Shown piece after piece: positions 27,311 to 37,232 of a stretch of 64,000 bases of DNA (the stretch's first letter is position 1; every line of letters begins with the position of its first letter). The position numbers were made by a program, and so were the translations under genes. The DNA lies in assembly GCA_963832225.1 (NCBI GenBank), contig CAWHTI010000012.1, forward strand, positions 623,499 through 687,498, written 5' to 3'. The notes under the pieces are model-generated. The model had not been told where the DNA came from and ran no database searches. It worked only from the letters and a program-made list of their open reading frames with translations. Source of the DNA: an uncultured Actinomycetes bacterium. GTDB lineage: Bacteria; Actinomycetota; UBA4738; HRBIN12.

Positions 27311-28606
27311 ATGGTGACGGGACGGTCGGCCGAGCTGCGGCGAACGATGCCGGCGGTCCTGGCCTCGATCCCCGTGGCCATCGTGTTCGTCGCGGTCCTG
27401 GGGATCGTGCTCACCGCGGCCGGACCGGATGGGCTCGCCCTGGCGAGCGCCCGCGCGAGCGGCTGGATCGCGGTCCTGTACGGTCTCCCGACGCTCGTGG
27501 CCGTGGTCATGACGCTGCGGTACCGGCAGCCGCTGCTCATCACCGGCAACATCTTCGCGATCATCTTCTTCGCGTCCCTGGGCGGCCGGCTCGGCTTCGC
27601 CGAACTGGCCGGCGCGTCGATGCTGGCCGGCGCGATCGTCCTGGCGGCGGCGGCCCTGGGGCTCACGCGGCGGATCGGCGCGTGGATCCCGGCGCCGATC
27701 GTGCACGGCCTGATCGCCGGCGCCGTGATGCCGTTCGTCGTGAACGTGTTCACGTCCCTGAGCACCTCGCGCGGAGGAGTCGACATCCCGGGCGAGCCGG
27801 CGCTGATGGTGGGGGCGGCCCTGCTGACGTATCTGGTCGGGCGGCGCCTCCTGGGGCCCCGCCTCCCGGCGATCCTGCCGGCCTTCCTCGCCGGGCTGGC
27901 GGTTGCGGCGCTGACCGGTCAGCTGGGGGCGTTCCCGTCTTCCTTCGATCTGCCGAGCCTCTCGGTGCTGCGCCCCACGTTCTCGTGGACCGCGATCGCC
28001 ACGGCGACGCCCGTGCTCGTGGCGCTGCTGACGGTGCAGTCGAACATCCCCTCCGTGATCTACATGCGGAGCCAGGGATTCCGGCCGCCGGAGCGCGTGC
28101 TCGACGTCGTCAGCGGCGTGGCGACGGTCGTCGGGTCGCTCTTCGGTCCGATCGCGGTGTCCCTCGCGCTGCCGCCCCTGCTGCTCACCGCCGGGCCCGG
28201 CGCGGGTCCGCCGCCGCTCCGCTACCGGTCGGTGTATCTCCCCGTCGCGGTTGGGACGGCGATCGCGCTCTTCGCCGGCACGGCGTCGGACCTCGCGGCT
28301 CTGGTGCCGCCGGCGCTGCTGCTGGCGATCGCTGGATTGGCCCTGTTCGACGCACTCGTCGGTGCGCTGCGGGCGATCGCCCGTGGCCCGCTGATCGTCG
28401 GCCCGGTGTTCGCGTTCGCGATCGCGCTGTCGGAGATGACCCTGTTCGGCCTGGGGCCGTTCTTCTGGTCGCTGGTGCTCGGCGCGGGGATCTCGCTGCT
28501 GGTCGAGCCGGATGGCTGGGCGCAGCTCCGCGCCGAGGCCGCCGCATCCGGCAGCCCTGCGGGCCCGGCGGAGCCCGGTGCGCGTGACCCGGACGCAACC
28601 GGCTGA
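27311..28606 (+). CDS. BenE family (benzoate membrane transport protein-like) transporter
   Basis: Track ORF, about 12 TM helices. Collinear by eye with E. coli BenE landmarks (SGW..., YRxP, IPxxIxxxMLAG-like IPAPIVHGLIAG, central Q/N-containing loop). Confidence 0.65.
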   Translation: MVTGRSAELRRTMPAVLASIPVAIVFVAVLGIVLTAAGPDGLALASARASGWIAVLYGLPTLVAVVMTLRYRQPLLITGNIFAIIFFASLGGRLGFAELAGASMLAGAIVLAAAALGLTRRIGAWIPAPIVHGLIAGAVMPFVVNVFTSLSTSRGGVDIPGEPALMVGAALLTYLVGRRLLGPRLPAILPAFLAGLAVAALTGQLGAFPSSFDLPSLSVLRPTFSWTAIATATPVLVALLTVQSNIPSVIYMRSQGFRPPERVLDVVSGVATVVGSLFGPIAVSLALPPLLLTAGPGAGPPPLRYRSVYLPVAVGTAIALFAGTASDLAALVPPALLLAIAGLALFDALVGALRAIARGPLIVGPVFAFAIALSEMTLFGLGPFFWSLVLGAGISLLVEPDGWAQLRAEAAASGSPAGPAEPGARDPDATG

Positions 28607-28638
28607 TCACCGCCACGCGTCATCGCCGCCATCTGCGA

Positions 28639-29169
28639 TCACGCCTCCGTGGACCGTTCCTCCGCGAGGCGGGCGAGGTTCTCGAGCTGCTTGCGATCGG
28701 CGCGGTTCACGAGCGGACGGAAGATCGGTCGAGCCCACCATGCGAGCCAGTACGGCACGTAGTTGACCCGGTCGATCGTCTCCGTGTACGTGATCCTCGA
28801 GCCGTCGCCGGCCGGTTCGATGTCGTACCGATGCTCGAAGTGCGCGTCCCACGGCTGGCCGCGGTTCCGTTCGAGGTGCGCGTCGGTCTCGATGACGAAC
28901 GAGCTCGGCCTCGATGTACCGGTGACGACGGACCGGTCGTGGAAGACGCCGTTGAAGTTCGCCCCCGTCGACGTGAAGCTGAACCCGACCGCGGCGGGGC
29001 CGGGCGGGGCGTCGAGGGTGAGGAGCTTGAACGTCTCGTCGCTCGCGCGTGCTCCGGACCATTCGAGATGGGCTGACAGGTCCGCCACCACGTCATGGAC
29101 GGCCTCGGGGGAGGCCTGCGACGTGGTCGAGGTCCGTGTCCTGATCCGAAACGCTCGATCGGCCGGCAC
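28639..29169 (-). CDS. SRPBCC (START/polyketide-cyclase-like) family protein
   Basis: Track ORF (GTG start). The size and pattern (N-terminal beta strand, ..VHDVVADLSAHLEW.., long C-terminal helix) are typical. By-eye assignment. Confidence 0.55.
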   Translation of the reverse strand: MPADRAFRIRTRTSTTSQASPEAVHDVVADLSAHLEWSGARASDETFKLLTLDAPPGPAAVGFSFTSTGANFNGVFHDRSVVTGTSRPSSFVIETDAHLERNRGQPWDAHFEHRYDIEPAGDGSRITYTETIDRVNYVPYWLAWWARPIFRPLVNRADRKQLENLARLAEERSTEA

Positions 29170-29193
29170 GGCCCCTGATGGTAGTCCGCCGGA

Positions 29194-29949
29194 TCAGTCG
29201 TATCGACGGATGGTGCGGATGCTGAGCGCGACCATCATCGCGCCGGTGAGGGCCACGACCGCGAAGCCTCGGCCGATGGCCGCCCACGCGAGGTCCTCGA
29301 GGATCAGCGAGCGGAGCCCCTCCATGATGTAGGTGACCGGGTTGAACGTGGCCGCGATCTCCATGGGCCGGGTGAGCAGCTCCCTCGGAACGAAGCTCGG
29401 GGTGAGGAAGAGCAGCGGGAAGAAGATCAGGCCCGCCGAGTTGGTGGCCGCGGCGCTGCGCGTCTTCAGCGCGATCAGCTGCATGAACCCGGAGAACACG
29501 ACGGCCCACCCGGCCGCCATGGCGATCAGGAGCAGGAAGCCGAGCGGGCCGCTGGCGACGCGGATGCCGAACGGAAGCGAGACCAGCACCATGGCCGTCG
29601 TGATGGCGACGCTCTTCGCCGCCTCCGCCGCCAGGCGTCCGAACACGATCGCGGTCCGCGACACCGGCGAGGCGCGCAGCTTGTCGAAATAGCCACCCTC
29701 GATGTCCTCGACCAGGTACAGCGCGGCGCTGCCGAACGACGCGGCCAGCAGGATCGAGCTGGGCAGCTGGAAGGCCGCGTAGTTCTGGCCCTCCAGGAAC
29801 GACGTGGTCTCCGAGGGGAAGATCCGGGCGGCCTGCCCGACGTTCACGACCAGGAAGAACAGCGGGATGAACAGGGTCGGCAGCAGCGCCTCCGGGGCGC
29901 GAACCGACTCCCGCAGCGCGCGCTGCGCGAGGACCAGGGAATCACTCAT
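29194..29949 (-). CDS. ABC-2 type transporter permease (DrrB-like)
   Basis: Track ORF with 6 hydrophobic helices. Its ATG overlaps the ATPase stop (ATGA). Confidence 0.85.
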   Translation of the reverse strand: MSDSLVLAQRALRESVRAPEALLPTLFIPLFFLVVNVGQAARIFPSETTSFLEGQNYAAFQLPSSILLAASFGSAALYLVEDIEGGYFDKLRASPVSRTAIVFGRLAAEAAKSVAITTAMVLVSLPFGIRVASGPLGFLLLIAMAAGWAVVFSGFMQLIALKTRSAAATNSAGLIFFPLLFLTPSFVPRELLTRPMEIAATFNPVTYIMEGLRSLILEDLAWAAIGRGFAVVALTGAMMVALSIRTIRRYD

Positions 29950-30746
29950 ACCTGCACCTCCTGCACCTCGCCGGCGACCCGTTCGCGCGTGCGTCCGGTG
30001 GCGTCGAGGAACACCTCGTCGAGGGTGGGTTCGTCCGACAGGCCGAGCCGCTGCTGCAGCTCCGCCTTCAACGCCGACGGCGTTCCCTCCTGCACGATGC
30101 GTCCCTCGTCGATGATCGCCAGGCGCTCACAGAGCTGGTCGGCCTCCTCCAGGTACTGGGTGGTGAGGAAGACCGTGGTGCCGCGCTCGTTGAAGCGCCG
30201 GAGCTCGTCCCACACGACCAGCCGGCTGGCGGGGTCGAGACCGGTCGTGGGCTCGTCGAGGAACAGGACCTCGGGTTCGTGAACGAGCGCCGACGCCAGG
30301 TCGAGCCGGCGCTTCATGCCTCCGGAGTAGCCCTTGATGCGCCGGTCCGCCGCCTCGACGAGATCCACGAGCTCCAGCAGCTCCTGCGCGCGCTGGGCGG
30401 CCTGCGCCCGCGAGCTCCCGAACAGCCGGGCCTGCAGGATCAGCAGCTCCCGGCCGGTCTGGCGCGGATCGAGCCCGGCCTCCTGCAGGGCGACGCCGAT
30501 CCGCCTGCGCGCGCCGTCCGGATCGTCGGTGACGTCGACGCCGGCCACGCGAGCCGAGCCCGAGGTGATCGTCATGAGGGTCGTCAGCATCCGCACGGTC
30601 GTGGACTTGCCGGCGCCGTTGGGCCCCAGGAAGCCGAAGACCTCCCCGCTCGTCACCTGCAGGTCCACACCGCGGACGGCGTCCACCTCACCGCCGCGCC
30701 CGCTGAAGTGCTTGACCAGTTGCTCAGCCTCCACCGCAAGCGTCAT
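29946..30746 (-). CDS. ABC transporter ATP-binding protein (DrrA-like)
   Basis: GPNGAGKSTT (Walker A), YSGGMKRRLDLA (signature), LFLDEPTTGLD (Walker B). Confidence 0.9.
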   Translation of the reverse strand: MTLAVEAEQLVKHFSGRGGEVDAVRGVDLQVTSGEVFGFLGPNGAGKSTTVRMLTTLMTITSGSARVAGVDVTDDPDGARRRIGVALQEAGLDPRQTGRELLILQARLFGSSRAQAAQRAQELLELVDLVEAADRRIKGYSGGMKRRLDLASALVHEPEVLFLDEPTTGLDPASRLVVWDELRRFNERGTTVFLTTQYLEEADQLCERLAIIDEGRIVQEGTPSALKAELQQRLGLSDEPTLDEVFLDATGRTRERVAGEVQEVQV

Positions 30747-30917
30747 GGTCTGACCCTATCGTGCGCAACCGACACCCGATCGGCGCCGCCGTGACCTCCC
30801 GCTCCGGAGTCGTTCACGAGCATCGAGCCGCTCCCCTCGTTCCCACCTCGGCGATCGCTTCGCTACCTGAGCCCTGCCATGGGGCCACGGTGGATAGACC
30901 CGGCGACGGCCGGGAAG

Positions 30918-32399
30918 TCATCGCTCCGAGCGATCAGCTTCCTGCAGGCCGACGATCTCCCAGACCTCGACCGGTCGGCGCGCCCCCTTCACGCTGAGCT
31001 CTCCGCGTGCCTCGGCGTTCACGCGATCCTTCACCAGCGCGTAGGTCCGGAAGCCGCAGAGCACGGAGCCGGGATCGGCCGCGGTCTCGAGTCGAGCCGC
31101 CACGTTGACCGCGAAGCCGACCGCCATGTACGCGCGCATGACCTCGCTGCCGAAGACGCCGACGGTGCAATGCGCGGTGTTGATGCCGACCCGGATCCTG
31201 AGGTCCGCGGGGATCCCGCGGTCGCGGAGCGTGTGCGCCAGCATCCCGCACCTCCGGTGCATCTCCAGCGCCGCGCGGACGGCGGCCCATGCCTGCTCGG
31301 CCTCCGGCATCTGCTGCGGCGCCCCGAAGACCGCCATGACGCCGTCGCCGATCAGGTTGTCGACGGACCCGCCGAACGCGATCACGGCCGCGGTCATCTC
31401 GCGGAGGTAGCCGTTCAGCACCTCGGCGAGCTCCTCTGGCTCGAGGCTCTCGGCCAGATCGGTGAACCCGACCATGTCCGCGAAGAGCACGGTGATCCGG
31501 CGGCGTTCGAACGATTCCTCCTCGACCGGGAGCGCCCCCGCCATCAGGCTCTCGGCGACCTGCCGGGGGAGGAACCTGGCCAGCTCGCCCGTGCGGACCA
31601 GCTCGGCCATCTGCTCATCGATCCGCGCCTCGAGGCGTCGTCTCGTGTGCTCGAGCTCGGTGACGTCGTGATACAGGATGAAGAAGCCACTCGGCTCGTC
31701 CTCCTGCTCCTCCCGGATCGCCAGGATCTCGACGTCCACGAGCGAGCCGTCCTTGCGGGTTCGGCGGCCGATCCGACGGAACGACATCCCCTCCCACGCC
31801 TCGTTGGACCACGCGACCGCCTCGGCGTGCAGTTCGGGGGTCGTCGCGACGAGATCGTCCAGCGTCGCGCCCACGGCCTCGTCCGCCGTGTAGCCGAAGA
31901 GACGCTCCGCGGCGGGGTTCCAGAGGGTGACCTCGACGTTGCGGTCCACCTTGATGATCGCGGTGGGACTCGTCTCCACGAGCTCCTCGAAGAATCGGCG
32001 CTGCCGGACCAGCTCGCCCACGTCCTCGTACAGCGCGAACGCGCCGATCCGCCGGCCCTCGATCGTGATGGGCACCGAGCGGATGGCCACGTCGACGAGC
32101 TCGCCGTCCTTCGTGCTCCGGCGGGTCACCCGTTCGACCGGCCCCTCGAGCACGAGGTCGTTCAGCGAGGCGGCATCATCGTGGATCGCGTCGTGCCGGC
32201 CGACGAGATCGTCGATATGGCGGCCCAGCGCCTCGGCTCGCGTCCAGCCGAACAGGCGTTCCGCGGCCGGGTTCCACTCCGTCACCTGGAACGACGGATC
32301 GCAGGTCACGATCGCCGTCGGGCTCGCCTCCACGAGCGTCTCGTAGTAGCGATGCCGATCGCCGGGTGGACCGGCCGATGCCTCGGGTGTCGTGGTCAT
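30918..32399 (-). CDS. PAS-PAS-class III adenylate/guanylate cyclase
   Basis: Track ORF 30918..32657 trimmed to ATG 32399, because the upstream kinase stops at 32437. Two PAS-like modules (EASPTAIVTCD.. and ETSPTAIIKVD..). Cyclase motifs ITVLFADMVGFTDL and NLIGDGVMAVFGAP. Confidence 0.85.
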   Translation of the reverse strand: MTTTPEASAGPPGDRHRYYETLVEASPTAIVTCDPSFQVTEWNPAAERLFGWTRAEALGRHIDDLVGRHDAIHDDAASLNDLVLEGPVERVTRRSTKDGELVDVAIRSVPITIEGRRIGAFALYEDVGELVRQRRFFEELVETSPTAIIKVDRNVEVTLWNPAAERLFGYTADEAVGATLDDLVATTPELHAEAVAWSNEAWEGMSFRRIGRRTRKDGSLVDVEILAIREEQEDEPSGFFILYHDVTELEHTRRRLEARIDEQMAELVRTGELARFLPRQVAESLMAGALPVEEESFERRRITVLFADMVGFTDLAESLEPEELAEVLNGYLREMTAAVIAFGGSVDNLIGDGVMAVFGAPQQMPEAEQAWAAVRAALEMHRRCGMLAHTLRDRGIPADLRIRVGINTAHCTVGVFGSEVMRAYMAVGFAVNVAARLETAADPGSVLCGFRTYALVKDRVNAEARGELSVKGARRPVEVWEIVGLQEADRSER

Positions 32400-32436
32400 C
32401 GCCGCGGATCGTAGAGGGATCCCACGCAGCCCACCC

Positions 32437-34611
32437 TCAGCCAGTGTTGGTGCCCATGTCGTGCACCGGAACGCGGCCCTCGACCGTCGTCCCCGCTCCG
32501 GGCCGCGAGGCGATCCGGACGGAACCCCCGATGGCGTCCAGCCGGTCGGCCATCCCCATGAGACCGGTCCCGTAGCTCGTCGTCGCCGTGTCGAACCCGG
32601 CTCCGTCGTCGACCACGGTGAACAGCAGTTCGCCGTCGGCCCGTGCGAACGTGACATCCGCCCGGGTCGCCCCGGCGTACTTCGCGATGTTGTTCAGCGC
32701 CTCCAGGACGCAGAAGTACACCGCCGCCTCCGTGTCCTGCGGATAGCGACCGACGCCGTCGGATCGGACCTCCGTCGGCACGGCGGCCTTCCGCGCCTGC
32801 GCCTGCAGGGCGGCGACCAGCCCCTGGTCGGCCAGCAGCGGCGGATAGATCCCGCGCGCCAGGTCGCGGAGCTGCTCCAGCGCGTCGTTCGCGTCGGCCT
32901 GGAGGTCCGCGGCCATCGACTTCGCCTGCTGCGCGTCGCGCTCGACGACCTGGCCCAGCAGGCGAAGCTTCACCGTGAGCGCCACGATCTGCTGCTGCGC
33001 GCCGTCGTGCAGGTTCCGCTCGATGCGCCGGCGTCCCTCGTCCTGCGCGGTCACCAGGCGCTGGCGTGAGGCGCGCAGCTCGTCGATGTTGCGCATCAGC
33101 TGCTCCGTGAGCGCCACGTTGCGCATCACCAGACCCGCCTGGGCCGCCATGTCGCGGATCAGCCGCTCCTCGTTGGGGTGGATGGGATCTCCCGGCTTCT
33201 TGGTGACGGACAGCGCGCCCAGGAACTCGCCCTGATGGCGGACGGGCTCGAACATCTCCGTCTGGGTGGCGGAACCCTCTTCGTGCGCCGCGGCCTCCAG
33301 CGGCTCGGGCCGGCCGGCGTCCTGCGGCCAACACGCTTCGGCGCGGAGCTGCCCGCCGATGCGCACCCACACGTCGGCTCGGAACGCACCGGTGCCCTCG
33401 GCCAGCGCGTGCGCCATCCGCGGCAACAGCTCGTCGTTCGCGTACGCGTTGCCGAGCCGCTCGGAGAAGTCGGAGAGTACCTCGTACGGTGTCGCCCGCT
33501 CGCCGTAGACGAGCCGGTCCGCGAACCGCTGGGCCCGCCGCCGCGCGGGCTGGAAGGCCAGCGCGACGATCGCCGCGGCCGCCGCGGACAGGACCGGGCT
33601 GGCCCGACTCCCGACCAGCGTTCCGACCCCGACCACGACTCCGGCATAGACGGCGGAGATGAAGACCGCCATCGCGCCGACCAGCACCGCCCGGTTGATC
33701 ACCAGGTCGATGTCGAACAGGTGATACCGGAGCACGGAGATGCCGATCGCGATCGGGATCAGACCGAACGAACCGACGGCGACCGCCTGCAGGACCGCGA
33801 GCCAGGTGGGCGTGTCGGTGGTGCTCCACGTGGTGCTGAAGGACAGGACCAGCGCCAGGGCGTACAGGACGGCGACCGTCGCCGCCGCGCTCACGAGCCA
33901 CCGCAGCTGGAGGCGTTCGGTCCCCGTGGAGCGCCGGAACCGCAGCACGAGGCTCGTCAGGGAGCCGATCACGCCGATGGGGAGGGCGATCAGCGCCACG
34001 ATGAGGACGTTGAGCACGGGGCGCAGCGCCTCGATGCCGAGCGGGTTCACGAGGCCGGCGACCTGGCTCTCCTCGATGGGCCCGGGTTCGAAGGTGATCC
34101 CCAGGAACGCGATCACCATGCCGGCGGCGAGGATCCGGGCGAACCAGCGCCAGCGTGGGGACGGCAGGTGGCCCTCCGGAAAGATCAGGAGCAGGAACGT
34201 GACGGGGATCGCGACGATCGGGATCCACATCGGCTGGTCGAGCGCCTCCACGATCGCGCCGGCCCGATGTCCGCCGAGCCCCCCGTGGATCGCGTAGGCG
34301 GCGTAGGCCCCCATGAACGAGCTCAGTCCGAGGGCGAGCCCGACCCCCAGCATCACCCAGCTCACGGCGTTGTCCGGCCGGCGGATCGCCAGGACGTATC
34401 CGACGAGGGGGAACAGGAGGAAACTCACGAAGAGCAGGTCGAAACCCAGGGTCCCGTCGTCCAGCATCGAGACCACGGCGCCGCCCAGGATGCCGGCGAT
34501 CGTCAGGCCCAGGATCATGCGCGCCAGCCACCGCAACCGCGAGTCGCTCACGGCGGGCGCTGTCGTCGTCGCCGCCACGGAGCTCGACATGGCGGCATGG
34601 TCGCACGCCAC
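32437..34611 (-). CDS. Multi-TM sensor histidine kinase, NarL-type (HisKA_3) with GAF-like linker
   Basis: Track ORF with about 10 TM helices. H-box NLHDGAQQQIVAL. HATPase motifs NNIAKYAGA, DDGAGFD, GTGLMGMADR. No response regulator is adjacent. Confidence 0.85.
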   Translation of the reverse strand: MACDHAAMSSSVAATTTAPAVSDSRLRWLARMILGLTIAGILGGAVVSMLDDGTLGFDLLFVSFLLFPLVGYVLAIRRPDNAVSWVMLGVGLALGLSSFMGAYAAYAIHGGLGGHRAGAIVEALDQPMWIPIVAIPVTFLLLIFPEGHLPSPRWRWFARILAAGMVIAFLGITFEPGPIEESQVAGLVNPLGIEALRPVLNVLIVALIALPIGVIGSLTSLVLRFRRSTGTERLQLRWLVSAAATVAVLYALALVLSFSTTWSTTDTPTWLAVLQAVAVGSFGLIPIAIGISVLRYHLFDIDLVINRAVLVGAMAVFISAVYAGVVVGVGTLVGSRASPVLSAAAAAIVALAFQPARRRAQRFADRLVYGERATPYEVLSDFSERLGNAYANDELLPRMAHALAEGTGAFRADVWVRIGGQLRAEACWPQDAGRPEPLEAAAHEEGSATQTEMFEPVRHQGEFLGALSVTKKPGDPIHPNEERLIRDMAAQAGLVMRNVALTEQLMRNIDELRASRQRLVTAQDEGRRRIERNLHDGAQQQIVALTVKLRLLGQVVERDAQQAKSMAADLQADANDALEQLRDLARGIYPPLLADQGLVAALQAQARKAAVPTEVRSDGVGRYPQDTEAAVYFCVLEALNNIAKYAGATRADVTFARADGELLFTVVDDGAGFDTATTSYGTGLMGMADRLDAIGGSVRIASRPGAGTTVEGRVPVHDMGTNTG

Positions 34612-34656
34612 CTACATCGCGGCCAAGGGTCAGGGGATCCGGCGGTGTGTCGAGGG

Positions 34657-35562
34657 CTACGTCGGCCCCGGTTGCCACGCCACGGTGAACTCGCTGCGCC
34701 GCGTGTCCGTGACGCGGGTGACGCTCAGATCGGTCAGGGCGACCGTGAAGATGTCGCGATCGTCGAAGACGAACTGGTTCGCCCCGCGCGAGTATGCGAC
34801 GAGCGTCCCGTCCGGCGAATACGCCGGCGTCTGCTCGAAGCGCCGCGCGGTGTCGGTGAGTCTCGTCACATCCGAGCCCTCGGCGTCGACGACGAAGATG
34901 TCCCACTGACGATCGATGCGGCGCTCGAAGGCGATCGTGGCGCCGTCGGGGGACCAGGATGGCCATCGAGCGTCGGCGACCACCGCGGTCCGGCCGGTTC
35001 CGTCCGGATCCATCGTCGCCACGCCATGGGATGAGAACGCGATCCTGGTTCCGTCCGGGGACCAATCTGGGGAGCAGTCGTCGGGGTGCTCACTGCCGGA
35101 GATGTTCGTGACGGAGGAGCCGTCGGCGTTCATGGTGAAGATCTGGAGGAGGTAGGCCCTGCCGACGGCTCCGCAGAACGCGATCTGATTCGCGTCCGGC
35201 GACCAGACCGGTCGGTAGATGTCCTTCACCCGATCCGGCGCCTCGTAGACGACCGTCGGGTCCGTCCCGTCGGCGGCCATCGTCATGATCTTGGGGTGTT
35301 CGTACTCCCGCGTGAGCGTGTCGAACACGATCATGGCGCCGTCATCGGACCACGACGGCTCCCAATCCAGGCGGTGCTCCGGCGACGTCACGAACGTCAG
35401 CCCGTCTCCGTCGGGCTCGATCACGCCGATCCGATTCGGTCCGTCTCCGAAGGACACGAAGGCGATCTTGCCGTTGGAGCCCGGGAACGTCGCCTGGGAC
35501 GGTTGTGCGCCCAGGGGCACGAGCACGGCGAGCACGACCGCGAGCGAGATGATGCGCCTCAT
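34657..35562 (-). CDS. Secreted PD40/TolB-like beta-propeller repeat protein
   Basis: Signal peptide. Repeated WSPDG-type blades (PSWSDDG, PVWSPDA, PDWSPDG, PSWSPDG, PAYSPDG). GAGGGGG SD. Confidence 0.8.
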   Translation of the reverse strand: MRRIISLAVVLAVLVPLGAQPSQATFPGSNGKIAFVSFGDGPNRIGVIEPDGDGLTFVTSPEHRLDWEPSWSDDGAMIVFDTLTREYEHPKIMTMAADGTDPTVVYEAPDRVKDIYRPVWSPDANQIAFCGAVGRAYLLQIFTMNADGSSVTNISGSEHPDDCSPDWSPDGTRIAFSSHGVATMDPDGTGRTAVVADARWPSWSPDGATIAFERRIDRQWDIFVVDAEGSDVTRLTDTARRFEQTPAYSPDGTLVAYSRGANQFVFDDRDIFTVALTDLSVTRVTDTRRSEFTVAWQPGPT

Positions 35563-35760
35563 CTGTTCCCCCTCTGATCATTCCTCATCTTGCGTTCCTC
35601 GGGCGACACTATGCTCGAGCGGGCTGTGGGTCGAGCCCGCCGGTGCGATGAGGGGGGTGTTTGCCCGGCCCCGGACGGAGGTAGGGTGGCTGCGCGTCCG
35701 GCGGGGTGTTCGGGCGCTGCGGACGCGGTCGAACAAGGACAGGAACCGGGCCCCCTCATC

Positions 35761-37200
35761 ATGCAGCGGTTGTCGATCGTCGCCTCGCTCGGCGCTCTGG
35801 TCGCCCTGGCCCACGGAGGAGCCTCCGGGGCGGTCGAGGGTGTCGCGCCGCCCGGACCCGGGCCCTCCGGTCCGAACGTCGTGATCATCCTGTCCGACGA
35901 TCAGCGGTGGGATACCACGACGCCGCGCTTCATGCCGAACCTCAACGCGGACCTCGTTCCCAACGGGATCACGTATACGAACGCGTTCGTCCCGGACCCG
36001 CTGTGCTGTCCCTCCAGAGCGTCCACCCTGACCGGCAACTATTCGTTCACGACCGGGATCTGGGCCGATCAGGGGGATTTCGGCGGCTTCGACAGCTTCA
36101 ACGCCTACGGCAACGAGGACGGCACGATCGCCACCGACTTCGACGCGGCCGGCTATCGGACCGCGCTGATCGGCAAGTATCTGAACGGATATCCGGAGGG
36201 CCGGTACCGCTACGTCGCGCCCGGGTGGGACACCTGGTTCGCGCTCGGAACCGGCTGGTACTACGATTACTACGCCGCGGACAACGGATCGCGCTCGTCG
36301 TTCTACGGCTCGAATCCGGCGAGCTACTCCGGCCGGGTGCTCACGGAGGAGGCGAAGGCGTTCATCCAGAGCCCGCCGGCCAACAAGCCGTTCCTGCTCT
36401 ATCTGGCCCTGGAGGGCCCGCATCCGACGTCGCCGCAGGCCCAGCCGGCGATCCCCGACCCTCGGGACCGCGACCGGTTCGGGCTCGAGTGGCCGAACGG
36501 TCAGCCTCCGTCCTACCGGGAGGCCGATGTCAGCGACAAGCCCGCGTACATCCGGCAGACCGCCGAGCGATCGGGTCGAACGAAGACGGACGTGCAACAC
36601 GTCGCGCAGGAGAACGCGATCTACAGCGTCGACCGCTCCGTGGGAGCGATCTGGGACGCGGTACCCGACGACACGTATGTCCTCTTCGTGAGCGACAACG
36701 GGTTCCTCTGGGGTGAGCATCACTGGCGCGGCAAGATCGTGCCGTACAACGAGAGCGTGCGCGTGCCGATGGTGCTCGCGTACAAGGGGCCGTCTCCGAC
36801 GATCCCCCTCGGCACGACGGACTCTCGTCTGGCTCTCAACGTCGACTATCTGCCGACGCTCGAGGGTCTCGCGGGCGTCACGCCGGTCCCCGGGCACACG
36901 GTGGAGGGGATCGACCTGCTCACGCAGACGCGCGCCGAGTTCCCGATCGGCAACCAGTCGGGCGGGCACGGGATCGTCCCGACCTACTGCGGCGTGCGGT
37001 CGGCGACGTCGCTCTACGTCCGCTACGCCACCGGCGAGGAGGAGCTGTACGACGAGATCGCGGATCCCTTCGAGCTGAGCAATCTCGTCGAGGAGCCTGA
37101 CGCCACGTCGCAGCTCGCCGTGATGCGAGGGCGGGCCCAGGAGCTGTGCACCCAGGGGTCGATCTATCCGCCCGACTGGCCGTTCGCGACGGACACGTGA
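35761..37200 (+). CDS. Secreted sulfatase (formylglycine-dependent arylsulfatase family)
   Basis: Track ORF 35590..37200 trimmed to ATG 35761 (signal peptide MQRLSIVASLGALVALAHG). NVVIILSDDQRWD and CCPSRASTLTG (CxPxR FGly motif). Confidence 0.85.
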   Translation: MQRLSIVASLGALVALAHGGASGAVEGVAPPGPGPSGPNVVIILSDDQRWDTTTPRFMPNLNADLVPNGITYTNAFVPDPLCCPSRASTLTGNYSFTTGIWADQGDFGGFDSFNAYGNEDGTIATDFDAAGYRTALIGKYLNGYPEGRYRYVAPGWDTWFALGTGWYYDYYAADNGSRSSFYGSNPASYSGRVLTEEAKAFIQSPPANKPFLLYLALEGPHPTSPQAQPAIPDPRDRDRFGLEWPNGQPPSYREADVSDKPAYIRQTAERSGRTKTDVQHVAQENAIYSVDRSVGAIWDAVPDDTYVLFVSDNGFLWGEHHWRGKIVPYNESVRVPMVLAYKGPSPTIPLGTTDSRLALNVDYLPTLEGLAGVTPVPGHTVEGIDLLTQTRAEFPIGNQSGGHGIVPTYCGVRSATSLYVRYATGEEELYDEIADPFELSNLVEEPDATSQLAVMRGRAQELCTQGSIYPPDWPFATDT

Positions 37201-37232
37201 TCCGCGGCATCCGGGGAGACCGGGCGGGCAAG

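Noticed and set aside
35647-35760. 10-nt perfect long-range complementarity (GATGAGGGGG at 35647-35656 versus CCCCCTCATC at 35751-35760, just before the sulfatase ATG) as a possible translational riboregulator
   Set aside because: It is a single G/C-rich 10-mer match in a ~200-nt leader, with no supporting covariation or additional helices visible. It could easily arise by chance in this composition.
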